From Candidatus Eiseniibacteriota bacterium (GTDB lineage: Bacteria; Eisenbacteria; RBG-16-71-46): a DNA stretch of 64,000 nucleotides. Under the pieces are notes generated by a model. It had not been told where the DNA came from. It saw only the letters and a program-made list of their open reading frames with translations, and made no database searches. The stretch is taken from the NCBI GenBank assembly GCA_016178725.1, contig JACOSV010000026.1:21965-85964 (forward strand), in the 5' to 3' direction. The position numbers and the translations under genes are program-made. Positions 55,053-63,674 of the stretch are shown here, piece after piece (within the stretch, counting starts at the first letter, position 1; every line of letters starts with the position of its first letter).

Positions 55053-56429
55053 ATGACCCATTCCCAAACCGTCGAACCCGCTCTCGGAGCGAAAGCTCCG
55101 CGCATCCTGACCGAGATTCCCGGGCCCAAGAGCCGCGCGCTGGTGGCGGCCGAGGCGGCCAATCTGGCGCCGGGTGTCCAGTCCATATCAACTCTTTCGG
55201 GGCTGGCCATGGCCCGCGGCCAGGGCTCGGTCCTCGAGGACGTGGATGGCAACCGGTTCCTCGATCTGGCGGCCGGGATCTGCGTCAACGCCCTGGGCCA
55301 CGCCCACCCCAGGTACCGAAAGATCCTCCAGGACCAGCTCGACGACCTCACGGTCGGCTCGTTCACGACCGAGCATCGGGCGAAGGGGCTGGCCAAGGTC
55401 GCGTCCCATACGCCGCCCGGCCTCGACAAGATCCAGCTCTACTCGGGCGGCACGGAGGCGGTCGAGGCCGCGATGCGCCTCGCCAAATCGGCAACCAAGA
55501 AGTACGAGTTCCTGTCGTTCTGGGGCGGATTCCACGGCAAGAGCGCGGGGACGCTGTCGCTGATCGGGGACGGGACCAAGAACGGCCTCGGTCCCTCGAT
55601 GCCGGGCACGTTCCACGCGCCCTACGCCGACTGCTATCGCTGCCCGCTCGGGATGACCTATCCCTCGTGCGGCGTCGCGTGCGCCGAGTTCGCCGACCAG
55701 GTCATCCGCCATTCGAGCACCGGGGCGCTGGCGGCGATCCTGATCGAGCCGATCCAGGGGACGGCCGGGAACATCGTCCCGCCGCCCGAATACCTGCCGG
55801 CGATCCAGTCGATCGCCAGGCATCACGGGGCGCTGCTGATCGCGGACGAGATGATCACCGGCTTCGGCCGCACCGGCCGCTGGTTCGGGGTCGAGCACAG
55901 CGGCGTCGTGCCCGACGTGATCACGATCGGCAAGGGCCTCGGCGCCGGGTTCCCCGTCTCGGGGCTGGTTTCGACCGACGCGATCACCCGGAGCGCGCCG
56001 TGGGGGCTGCCGTCGGGGTCGAGCTCGAGCTATGGCGGCAATCCGCTCGCGGGTGCGGCCGTCCATGCCTCGGTCAGTGTGATCGAAGAGGACGGACTGG
56101 TCGATAACGCTGCCAGGGTAGGCGAATGGATGCTGGGCCGATTCCGGGAAATGCAAGAGCGGCATCCGTTTATCGGCCACGTCCAGGGCAAGGGCTTGCT
56201 GATCGGCCTCGAACTGGTCAAAGATCGGCAAACGCGCGAGCCACTCGACCGTAAGGTTTGCCGGCACGTGTTTCAGGAGTGTCTCAAGCGCGGGCTGATC
56301 GGCATGGTGTATTCACCGCACGTCCGTGTGAATCCCGCGCTCTCCATCGATCAAGCCACCGCCGAAACGGCGCTCGGGATCCTGGACGAAGTGTTCACGC
56401 AACTGGGGCGGGAGGGTCATTGGCGCTGA
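55053..56429 (+). CDS. Class-III PLP-dependent aminotransferase.
   Basis: ADEMITGFGRTGRWF, TIGKGLGAG (PLP-Lys), Aminotran_3 architecture, 458 aa. Confidence 0.8.
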   Translation: MTHSQTVEPALGAKAPRILTEIPGPKSRALVAAEAANLAPGVQSISTLSGLAMARGQGSVLEDVDGNRFLDLAAGICVNALGHAHPRYRKILQDQLDDLTVGSFTTEHRAKGLAKVASHTPPGLDKIQLYSGGTEAVEAAMRLAKSATKKYEFLSFWGGFHGKSAGTLSLIGDGTKNGLGPSMPGTFHAPYADCYRCPLGMTYPSCGVACAEFADQVIRHSSTGALAAILIEPIQGTAGNIVPPPEYLPAIQSIARHHGALLIADEMITGFGRTGRWFGVEHSGVVPDVITIGKGLGAGFPVSGLVSTDAITRSAPWGLPSGSSSSYGGNPLAGAAVHASVSVIEEDGLVDNAARVGEWMLGRFREMQERHPFIGHVQGKGLLIGLELVKDRQTREPLDRKVCRHVFQECLKRGLIGMVYSPHVRVNPALSIDQATAETALGILDEVFTQLGREGHWR

Positions 56430-58558
56430 AGCTGCGCGGCGCGCTGCTCGGGGCGGGGAACATCGCGCTCAAGAGCCACGCGCCGCAGTGGACGCTCGAT
56501 CCCGAACTGCGCGAACGGGTCGAGATCGTCGCGGTCGCCGACCTCGCGCCCGCCAACATCGCCGCGATCCGCGAGTTCCTACCCGACGCGCGCGCCTACG
56601 CGGATGCCGAGCAGCTGCTCGCCAGCGAGTCGCTCGACTTCTGCGACATCTGCACCCCACCCTTCACACACCGCGCGCTGATCGAGCGCGCCGTGGCCGC
56701 CGGGCTCCACGTCGTGTGCGAGAAGCCGCTCGCGCCGACGCTGGCCGACGCCGAGGCGATCGCCGCGACCGTGCGCGCCGCGGGCATCGTGTTCCTGCCC
56801 TGCCACCAGTACCGCTACTCGCCGCAGTGGGAGGCGGTGCGGCGGCTCCTGCCGCGGATCGGGCGCGTGTCGTTCGCCGAGTACGAGGTGCTGCGCTCGG
56901 CGGCCAACGACGGCAATCCGCACTGGCAGCCGACGTGGCGCACGCAGCCCGAGCTCGCGGGTGGCGGGATCCTCGTGGATCACGGGACCCATATCTTCTA
57001 TCAGCTGCGGGCGCTTCTCGGCACGCCGGACACCGTCGCGGCGACCGTGTCGCGCAGCAAGCATCAGGGCTACGGCGTCGAGGACACCGCCGAGGTGACG
57101 CTCGACTACGGGGATCACGCGGCGCGCATCCATCTCACCTGGGCCGCGGGCCGGCGCGCGATCACGTTCCGCTTCGTCGGCGAGAAGGGCGAGATCGTCG
57201 GCGACGACAGGAGCCTCACGCTGCGCGACGGGCGCACCGAGACGTTCCACTTCGACGACGGCATGAGCCAGAACTCCTCGCATGCGGGCTGGTACCGGCC
57301 GCTGCTGCGTGAGTTCACCGGCCGCGTGCTCGCGGGCGGGTCGAGCGACGAGTCGCTCGACGAGGCGCTCTACGTGACGCGACTGATCGATTGCGCCTAC
57401 GCGTCGGCCGTGGCCGGCCACGCGCTGGCGCTCGGCGCGGATCGGGTCGCGGCCGCGCCGAACGGCGCACCGGTCGCGCCTGCCGCGAGCGTCGCGCACG
57501 TGACCCGCGTGCCCGCGCCGGCCGGGGTTCCGGCGCTGGCGGCGGCTGCGGTCGCCACGCCCGCCGCGAGCGTCACGCCCGCCGAACCGCCCGCGCGCCG
57601 GCGTCACCGCCTCGCGCTCGCGCTGCGGCTCGCGGGGCTGGTCGCGGTGGTCGCCGGCGCCTTTGTGCTCGTCCGCCGGCTCGACTGGTCCGACTTCTGG
57701 GACGCGATCAGCACGTCCGATCCGCGCTGGCTCGCGCTCGCCGCGGCGCTCAACCTCGTGGCGCTGTGCTTCGCCGCGGTCCGCTGGGTCGCGCTGCTGC
57801 GGCCGCTCTCGCCGCTCTCGCGCTGGCGCGACGCGTTCAACGCGCTGGTCGTCGGCCTCACCGTCTCGGCCGTGGTCCCGGCGCGCGGCGGCGAAGTCGC
57901 GCGCATGGCGTGGCTCCATCGCCGCACCGGACTCTCGAAGATCGCGATCCTCGGCTCGATCGGCCTCGATCAGCTGCTCAACGTCGCCGGGCTGATGGTG
58001 GGCCTCGCGCTCATGCCGTGGCTCGGCGGCATTCCGACCTGGCTCCAGTTCGGCGTGCGCCTCGCCCTGTTCGCGTTCGCGGCCGGCGTCACGCTCGTCC
58101 TCCTCCTGCTCCCGCGCGGCGAGCGCGCCCGCGCGGCGGCCGGATCGTCCGGCAGCTTCATGGCGCGCATCCGCTCCGGCCTCGCCGCGGCGCGCAGCCC
58201 GCGCGCGCTCGGCGGATCGCTCGCCGCCTCGCTCACGGTGTGGGGCCTCGAGCTGATCGTGATGCGCGTCGCGCTCCACGCGTTGGACATCGACCTGCCG
58301 TACTCGGCGACGCTGGTGGTGCTCGCCGCGGTCAACCTGATGCTCGCGATTCCGGTCGCGCCGGGGAACATCGGCACGCTCGAGCTCGGCGCGACCCTCG
58401 GGTTGCGCGGCTTCGGCGTCGCCAACGAGCGCGCGCTCGCGTTCGCGGTCTGCTACCACGCGCTGCAGATCGTGCCGATCGCGCTGCTCGGGCTGCTGAT
58501 TGCGGGCGCCGAGAGCTGGAACACCGGCTTCGCCGAGTGGGGTGGCGGCGGCGGATGA
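56420..58558 (+). CDS. Fusion protein: N-terminal Gfo/Idh/MocA-family NAD(P) oxidoreductase plus C-terminal MprF-flippase-like (LPG-synthase TM) membrane domain.
   Basis: GGAGGG then TTG, overlapping the aminotransferase stop. Rossmann LLGAGNIALKSHAP, EKPLA catalytic region. A ~60-aa Ala/Pro linker, then 8 TM helices with the flippase-like family motifs. Confidence 0.6.
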   Translation: MALKLRGALLGAGNIALKSHAPQWTLDPELRERVEIVAVADLAPANIAAIREFLPDARAYADAEQLLASESLDFCDICTPPFTHRALIERAVAAGLHVVCEKPLAPTLADAEAIAATVRAAGIVFLPCHQYRYSPQWEAVRRLLPRIGRVSFAEYEVLRSAANDGNPHWQPTWRTQPELAGGGILVDHGTHIFYQLRALLGTPDTVAATVSRSKHQGYGVEDTAEVTLDYGDHAARIHLTWAAGRRAITFRFVGEKGEIVGDDRSLTLRDGRTETFHFDDGMSQNSSHAGWYRPLLREFTGRVLAGGSSDESLDEALYVTRLIDCAYASAVAGHALALGADRVAAAPNGAPVAPAASVAHVTRVPAPAGVPALAAAAVATPAASVTPAEPPARRRHRLALALRLAGLVAVVAGAFVLVRRLDWSDFWDAISTSDPRWLALAAALNLVALCFAAVRWVALLRPLSPLSRWRDAFNALVVGLTVSAVVPARGGEVARMAWLHRRTGLSKIAILGSIGLDQLLNVAGLMVGLALMPWLGGIPTWLQFGVRLALFAFAAGVTLVLLLLPRGERARAAAGSSGSFMARIRSGLAAARSPRALGGSLAASLTVWGLELIVMRVALHALDIDLPYSATLVVLAAVNLMLAIPVAPGNIGTLELGATLGLRGFGVANERALAFAVCYHALQIVPIALLGLLIAGAESWNTGFAEWGGGGG

Positions 58559-59307
58559 CGCCGACCGCCATCGAGCGCATCGCGTTCCTCTCGTTCCTCA
58601 CGATGATCGCGGTCGCCGTGGTGTCGATGGGCGCCTACGCGTGGCTCGGCCGCAAGCGCGACGCCGACGTCGCGGGCAAGGGCGGCCAGTTCCTCGGCGG
58701 CGCAGGCGATTTCCCGCTCCACTGGTTCATGTGGGCGATCACGCCGGCGGTGACGATCTCGCGCGCGCTCGGCCTCACGCCCGACTTCTACAACTACGTC
58801 GGCCTCGCGTTCGGCATCGCAGGTGGCTGGCTGGTGGCGATCGGGCGGCTCGAGCTCGCCGGCTGGGCGATCGTGCTCGGCGGCGTCGCCGACGTGCTCG
58901 ACGGCCGCATCGCGCGGCTCACTCAGACCGCCTCCAACTTCGGCGACTTCATCGACAGCACGTTCGACCGCTTCGTCGAGGCGGCGACGTTCCTCGGCTT
59001 CGCCTGGTACCTGCGCGACACGCGCTGGGGGCCGCTGCTCTCGGGCGCCGCGCTGTCGGGCTCGCTGATCGTCAGCTACGCGCGCGCGCGCGGCGAAGTG
59101 CACGGCGTCAACTGCACCGGCGGGCTGATGCAGCGCGCCGAGCGCATGGCCTTGACCGCGCTGGTCTGTTTCCTCGGCCCGCCGATCTCGTCGGCGCTCG
59201 GCCTCGCGCACGGCACGCTGATCGAGTGGGTCCTGGGGCTGATCGCCGCCGGCACCTGGTACACCGCGATCTACCGCACCGCCTGGATCGCCGCGCGGCT
59301 GCGCTGA
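58555..59307 (+). CDS. CDP-alcohol phosphatidyltransferase-family protein.
   Basis: DVLDGRIARLTQTASNFGDFIDSTFDRF fits the D-G-x2-A-R-x8-G-x3-D-x3-D signature. Polytopic membrane protein. ATGA overlap with the upstream gene. Confidence 0.8.
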   Translation: MTPTAIERIAFLSFLTMIAVAVVSMGAYAWLGRKRDADVAGKGGQFLGGAGDFPLHWFMWAITPAVTISRALGLTPDFYNYVGLAFGIAGGWLVAIGRLELAGWAIVLGGVADVLDGRIARLTQTASNFGDFIDSTFDRFVEAATFLGFAWYLRDTRWGPLLSGAALSGSLIVSYARARGEVHGVNCTGGLMQRAERMALTALVCFLGPPISSALGLAHGTLIEWVLGLIAAGTWYTAIYRTAWIAARLR

Positions 59308-59344
59308 CCGGGCGTTCGCGCGCGCCGCGCCCGCGGCCCGCCGC

Positions 59345-60200
59345 TCAATGCGCCGCCGGCTCGGCGCTCTCCGGCTTCTCGTCCACGTACTTCATCCGCA
59401 CCGAGAGCGAGACGACCGCCACGGTGATGCCGAACAGGCAGACGATCGTGGCGCCCATCGGCCAGTCCTTCGCGTACGAGGCGACCGCGCCGAGGATCGA
59501 GACCACGATGCCGATCACCCACGCCCAGACGAGCCGCGCCGTGCCGTGGCGGCCGAGCAGCGTCGCGCACACGATCGGGACGATGAGGAACGAGAACACC
59601 GCGAGCACGCCCGACACCTGCACCGAGCTGGTGACGACGAGGCCGAAGGCGGCGTAGAAGAGGAAGTCCCACTTCCTGACCGAGAGCCCCATCGCCCGCG
59701 CCCGCTTCTGGTCCTCGGAGCAGATGAGGAGCTTCCGGCGGTTGATGAAGAGGAACGTGCCGACCACGGCGTAGAGCACCGCCATGATCGCGATGTCCTT
59801 GGTGGTCACCCAGCCCAGGGCCTCGCCGCTCAATGCGCCGCTCACGTGCTCGGCGCCGTGCGGCGCGTTCGACAGCAGCAGCAGCGTGGCCGCGGTCGCG
59901 AGCGCGAACGAGATGCCGATGAACGCCTCCTGCAGCACCGAGTGCCCGCGATCCCAGAGGAAGCTGAAGAGCGCCGCGCCGAGCAGCGTGAACCCGAACG
60001 ACCAGTAGTACATCGCCGGATCGTGCGGCTCGGCGCCGAGCAGGAACGCCACGCTCTGGCCGAGGGCCGCGATCTGCGCCAGCGCGAGGTCCACGAAGAT
60101 CACGCCGCGCGCGAGCACGTGCTTGCCGAGCGCGGGGAGGATCAGCACCAGCAGCAGGCACGCGACGAGCGGCAGCGCCATCACCGCGAAGAAGCTCATC
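59345..60200 (-). CDS. Metal ABC transporter permease (ZnuB/MntB/TroC family).
   Basis: ABC-3 family 8-TM permease pattern. The start overlaps the SBP stop. Confidence 0.8.
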
Positions 60201-61126
60201 GCGATCCCGCCTTGCCGGCGAGCGCCCCGGCGATCGTCGACACGACCGAGTCGAACTTGGTGAACACGTCGGTGGCCGCCGGCACGCCGCCGACTTCGCT
60301 CGCGACCTCGACCGCGACGCCGCCGGCGCGTTTCGCGACCTCGTGGCTCGCGTCGGCGTTGTAGTAGGGCTGGTAGACCACCACCGTCACGCCCGCCTTC
60401 TTCATCGCGTCGGCGAGGTCGGCGATGTGGTGCGGGCTCGGCGGGATGCCGGGCTTGGGCTCGACGGTGGTGAAGAGCTTGAGCCCGAAGCGCTCCGCGA
60501 AGTAGATGAAGTTCCTGTGGTAGGGAACGATCGACGTCCCCTTGTACGGCGCGAGCTGCTTCTGCCACTTCTCGAGCGACGCGTCCATCTTCTCGTCGAA
60601 CGCCTTCGCGTTCGCCGCGTAGTCGGCGGCGTTCGCGGGATCGAGATTCGAGAACGCGTCGGCGAGATGGTGGGCCACCACCTCGAGCGCCTTGGGATCG
60701 AGGTAGTAGTGCGGATTGCCCAACGGATGGATGTCGCCCTCGGCGCGGCTCACCGTGCCGATCGGCTTCTCGAGCACCGTGACGCCTTCGGAGGCGTCCA
60801 CGAATCCCTTCGCGCCCGGCTGGATCCTGGGGTTGCGGCTCCCCGGCAGGACCAGCGGCAGCCAGCCGCCGTCGAGCTCGAGGCCGACCGAGACGAACAC
60901 GTCGGCGTTCTGGATCGACTTCATCAGGCTCGGCTTGGCGGGCACGAAATGCGGGTCCTCGAAGCCGCGGCACAAACTCTGCGCGGTGACGTGCTTGCCG
61001 CCCACGAACTGCGCGACCGACGCGAGATCGGTCAGCGACGTCGCGACCTTGAGATCGGCGCGTGCGGGCGACGTCGCGAGCAGGCCGAGGAGCAGGAGCG
61101 AAACGCATTTCAATGACGACTTCATG
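60196..61126 (-). CDS. Metal ABC transporter substrate-binding protein (ZnuA/TroA/MntC family).
   Basis: GGAGGATTC then ATG. Signal peptide MKSSLKCVSLLLLGLLATSPARA. DIHPLGNPHYYLDP and HPH-type metal ligands. Confidence 0.8.
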
Positions 61127-61162
61127 AATCCTCCATGTGCGGCGGGATGTGCGGATGTCCTG

Positions 61163-62266
61163 TCAGTAGGCATGTGCCGGGTGGTAGCCGATCGTGTAGC
61201 TCATCTGCACCATCACGCGGTCGTCGTCGCGGTGGACACCGCGATTGGCACGCGCGTGGCTGTACTCGAGGCGCACGAACGAGAACTCGGACGGCATCCA
61301 GGCGATGTTGGCCGCGCCGCGGCGCACAGCGCCGGCGAGCGGCGCGCCGGCGCCGTCCACCATGAAGTCGGCGACGCTGTTGCGCGCCGCTTCGCCGCGG
61401 ATCCCGGCCCACCAGACCTGCGACAGGCGGTACTGGAACGACGCGTAGCCGCCGTCCTCTTCGCGCACGAAGCTCCCGCCCGCCGACGAGCCCTTCTGGA
61501 TGTACTCGCCCATCAGGATCCAGCCGCCGCGATTCGAGTTCCGCGGCGGCACGTTGCGGAACGTGACGTCGGCGCCGAGCGCCGCGCGCCGGACGCCGTC
61601 GCCGCCGCGGCCCTGGAGATACGACTCGCCGACCTCGAGCGTCGTCGCATCGTCGAGATCGAACTGGTTCTTGAGATGGCCGAGGAACGGCACGTTGTCG
61701 TGGCGCGTCGATCCCAGATCGAGCGGATGATCGCCGTCGGGTCCGGTCGGCTCGTACACGCCGCCGGTCAGCTCCGCGTACCACGGCAGCGGCGTCAGCC
61801 ACGCGGCCTCGGCGCCGGCCGCCTTGAACCCCTCCTCGCCGATCGTGTTGACCATGACGATCGGCGATTCGACGAACGGGAACGCGTGCGTGTGCAGCAG
61901 CCCCTGCTTGCCGAACGTGCCGCGGATCTTCCCGAGCTTGAGCTGGATCGCGGGGATGTTGGTGCTGCGCGCCCAGACCTCTTCGGGGTCCACCGCGCCC
62001 TGCGTGAAGACGATGTTGCTCACCAGCGTCCAGTAGGGATCCACGACCGAGATCAGGCTGATCTCGGCTTCGTCGAAGTGGAGGCCGTAGGCGCGGTCGA
62101 GGTTGCGCGCCGCCGTGCCCGAGAACAGCGCGTTCATCCCGATCGCGGGATTGGCGAGGTTCGAGTACAGCGACGAGGTCTGTGCCGCCGCGGGCGCCGG
62201 CATCAGCGCGAGCGCCGCGGCAAGACACGCCAGCATGCGCATCACGACCGGAATGGGTCGGAGCAT
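61163..62266 (-). CDS. Outer-membrane beta-barrel protein (putative porin of the metal-uptake operon).
   Basis: Signal peptide; alternating amphipathic strands; C-terminal aromatic residue (...AHAY). Confidence 0.5.
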   Translation of the reverse strand: MLRPIPVVMRMLACLAAALALMPAPAAAQTSSLYSNLANPAIGMNALFSGTAARNLDRAYGLHFDEAEISLISVVDPYWTLVSNIVFTQGAVDPEEVWARSTNIPAIQLKLGKIRGTFGKQGLLHTHAFPFVESPIVMVNTIGEEGFKAAGAEAAWLTPLPWYAELTGGVYEPTGPDGDHPLDLGSTRHDNVPFLGHLKNQFDLDDATTLEVGESYLQGRGGDGVRRAALGADVTFRNVPPRNSNRGGWILMGEYIQKGSSAGGSFVREEDGGYASFQYRLSQVWWAGIRGEAARNSVADFMVDGAGAPLAGAVRRGAANIAWMPSEFSFVRLEYSHARANRGVHRDDDRVMVQMSYTIGYHPAHAY

Positions 62267-62374
62267 CGCTTCCTTCCTGTGGTGCGCCCGGAGCCGGACG
62301 GGTGAGGCCGTCGCCCGGCCGGGGACGTGTCGGAGATGCGCGCGGAGGCTCCGCGCGCGGACCGAATCGGAAGG

Positions 62375-62664
62375 TCAGGCGATGGGAGGAGCCCGTCCGC
62401 GCGGAACGTCGAGGCGGATCGGGCGCGGGGCGCGCTCCGAGGAGGCGATGAAGGCGTGCGGGCGCTCGATCGGCGCGGCGGCCGGGCCGGGCACCGAGGT
62501 CGCGACCGCAGAGCCGTGGCCGGCCGTGCACAGCACGCACGCATCGTGCGCGCCGTCGGCATGGTGGTGGATGCCGCCCACCACCGCGCTCACGAGCAGC
62601 AGCAGCGCCACGACCGGCGCGAACCGGTGGGCGAGTCGTCGCAGCGTCGGGATCGGATGGGTCA
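62375..62664 (-). CDS. Small membrane-anchored His/Cys-rich protein (putative metal-binding), hypothetical.
   Basis: MTHPIPTLRRLAHRFAPVVALLLLVSAVVGGIHHHADGAHDACVLCTAGH. First gene of the OMP-SBP-permease operon. Confidence 0.35.
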
Positions 62665-62835
62665 TGATGAACGCGCCTTGCACGTAGCGCGCCGGCGAGA
62701 ATGCGCGGCGCCCGGACCGCGCGTCAAGCGCCGATCGCGGCGACGCGGGCGCCGGTCGGCCGCTCCGCCGCGATGGTCGTGTGTGCACGACGCCACCGCC
62801 CTGGGCCGCGTCAGGGGCACGTCAAGCGCGTCGCG

Positions 62836-63606
62836 TCAGCGCATCGCCCCGGCGATCGCCTTGAGCGACCGCGGCAGGTGCGTGCTCCAGTAACTCCACG
62901 TGTGGGCGCCCGGGAACTCGTGATACGCGTGCGGGACGCCGAGGCCGGTGAGCGTCTCGTGGAACGCGCGGTTGTCGGCCGCCTCGGGATCGCCCGCGCC
63001 GCAATCGAAGTAGAGCGGGATCGCGCGCAACCGCCCGGCCGCGCCGGCCGCGGTCAGCGCCGGGCTGTGCTCGGCGAGCAGCCGCGAGGCGCCCGGCCCG
63101 CACCCCAGGATCGCGAAGGCCGAGAACTCGCGTCGCAGGCGGAAGCATCCGCTGTGTCCGCCGGCGGCGCCGAACACGTCGGGATGGCGGATCACGAGAT
63201 TGAACGCGGCGGTGGCGCCGTCCGAGATCCCGATCACCGCGCGGCCCCCGGGGGTCGTGCGCGTGCGGAACGTCGCGTCGGTCCACGCCACGAGGTCGCG
63301 CGCGACGTAGTCCTCCATGCGCGTCGCGCCGCGCTGCGCGTTCATGTAGATCGTGCGCATCCACAGTCCGCGCGCGTTGCCGTTCGGGCACACGAGGATC
63401 ACGGGCGGGATCTCGCCGCGCGCGATCAGCGCGTCGGCGATCGCGTGCGCTTTGGCCTGCGTGAACCAATCGCCGTCGGCGCCCGGCCACCCGTGCAGCA
63501 AGGTGACGACGGGATAGCGCCGCGCCGCGGCCTCCTCCCGCCCGTACTCCGCGGGCAGGTACACGTGAACCCGGCGCCGCGCCTCACCGAGCGACGGCGC
63601 GGGCAT
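62836..63606 (-). CDS. Alpha/beta-hydrolase: putative esterase (esterase/enterochelin-esterase-like family).
   Basis: RVHVYLPAEY...RYPVVTLLHGWPG, nucleophile elbow GISDG. A longer N-terminal extension to 63825 is possible. Confidence 0.55.
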   Translation of the reverse strand: MPAPSLGEARRRVHVYLPAEYGREEAAARRYPVVTLLHGWPGADGDWFTQAKAHAIADALIARGEIPPVILVCPNGNARGLWMRTIYMNAQRGATRMEDYVARDLVAWTDATFRTRTTPGGRAVIGISDGATAAFNLVIRHPDVFGAAGGHSGCFRLRREFSAFAILGCGPGASRLLAEHSPALTAAGAAGRLRAIPLYFDCGAGDPEAADNRAFHETLTGLGVPHAYHEFPGAHTWSYWSTHLPRSLKAIAGAMR

Positions 63607-63674
63607 GGCGTGACGCGCGACGGTGCCGGCCGCGTGCGTGTCCGCGGGCCGTCGCTGCGGCGTCGGCGCGGCGC

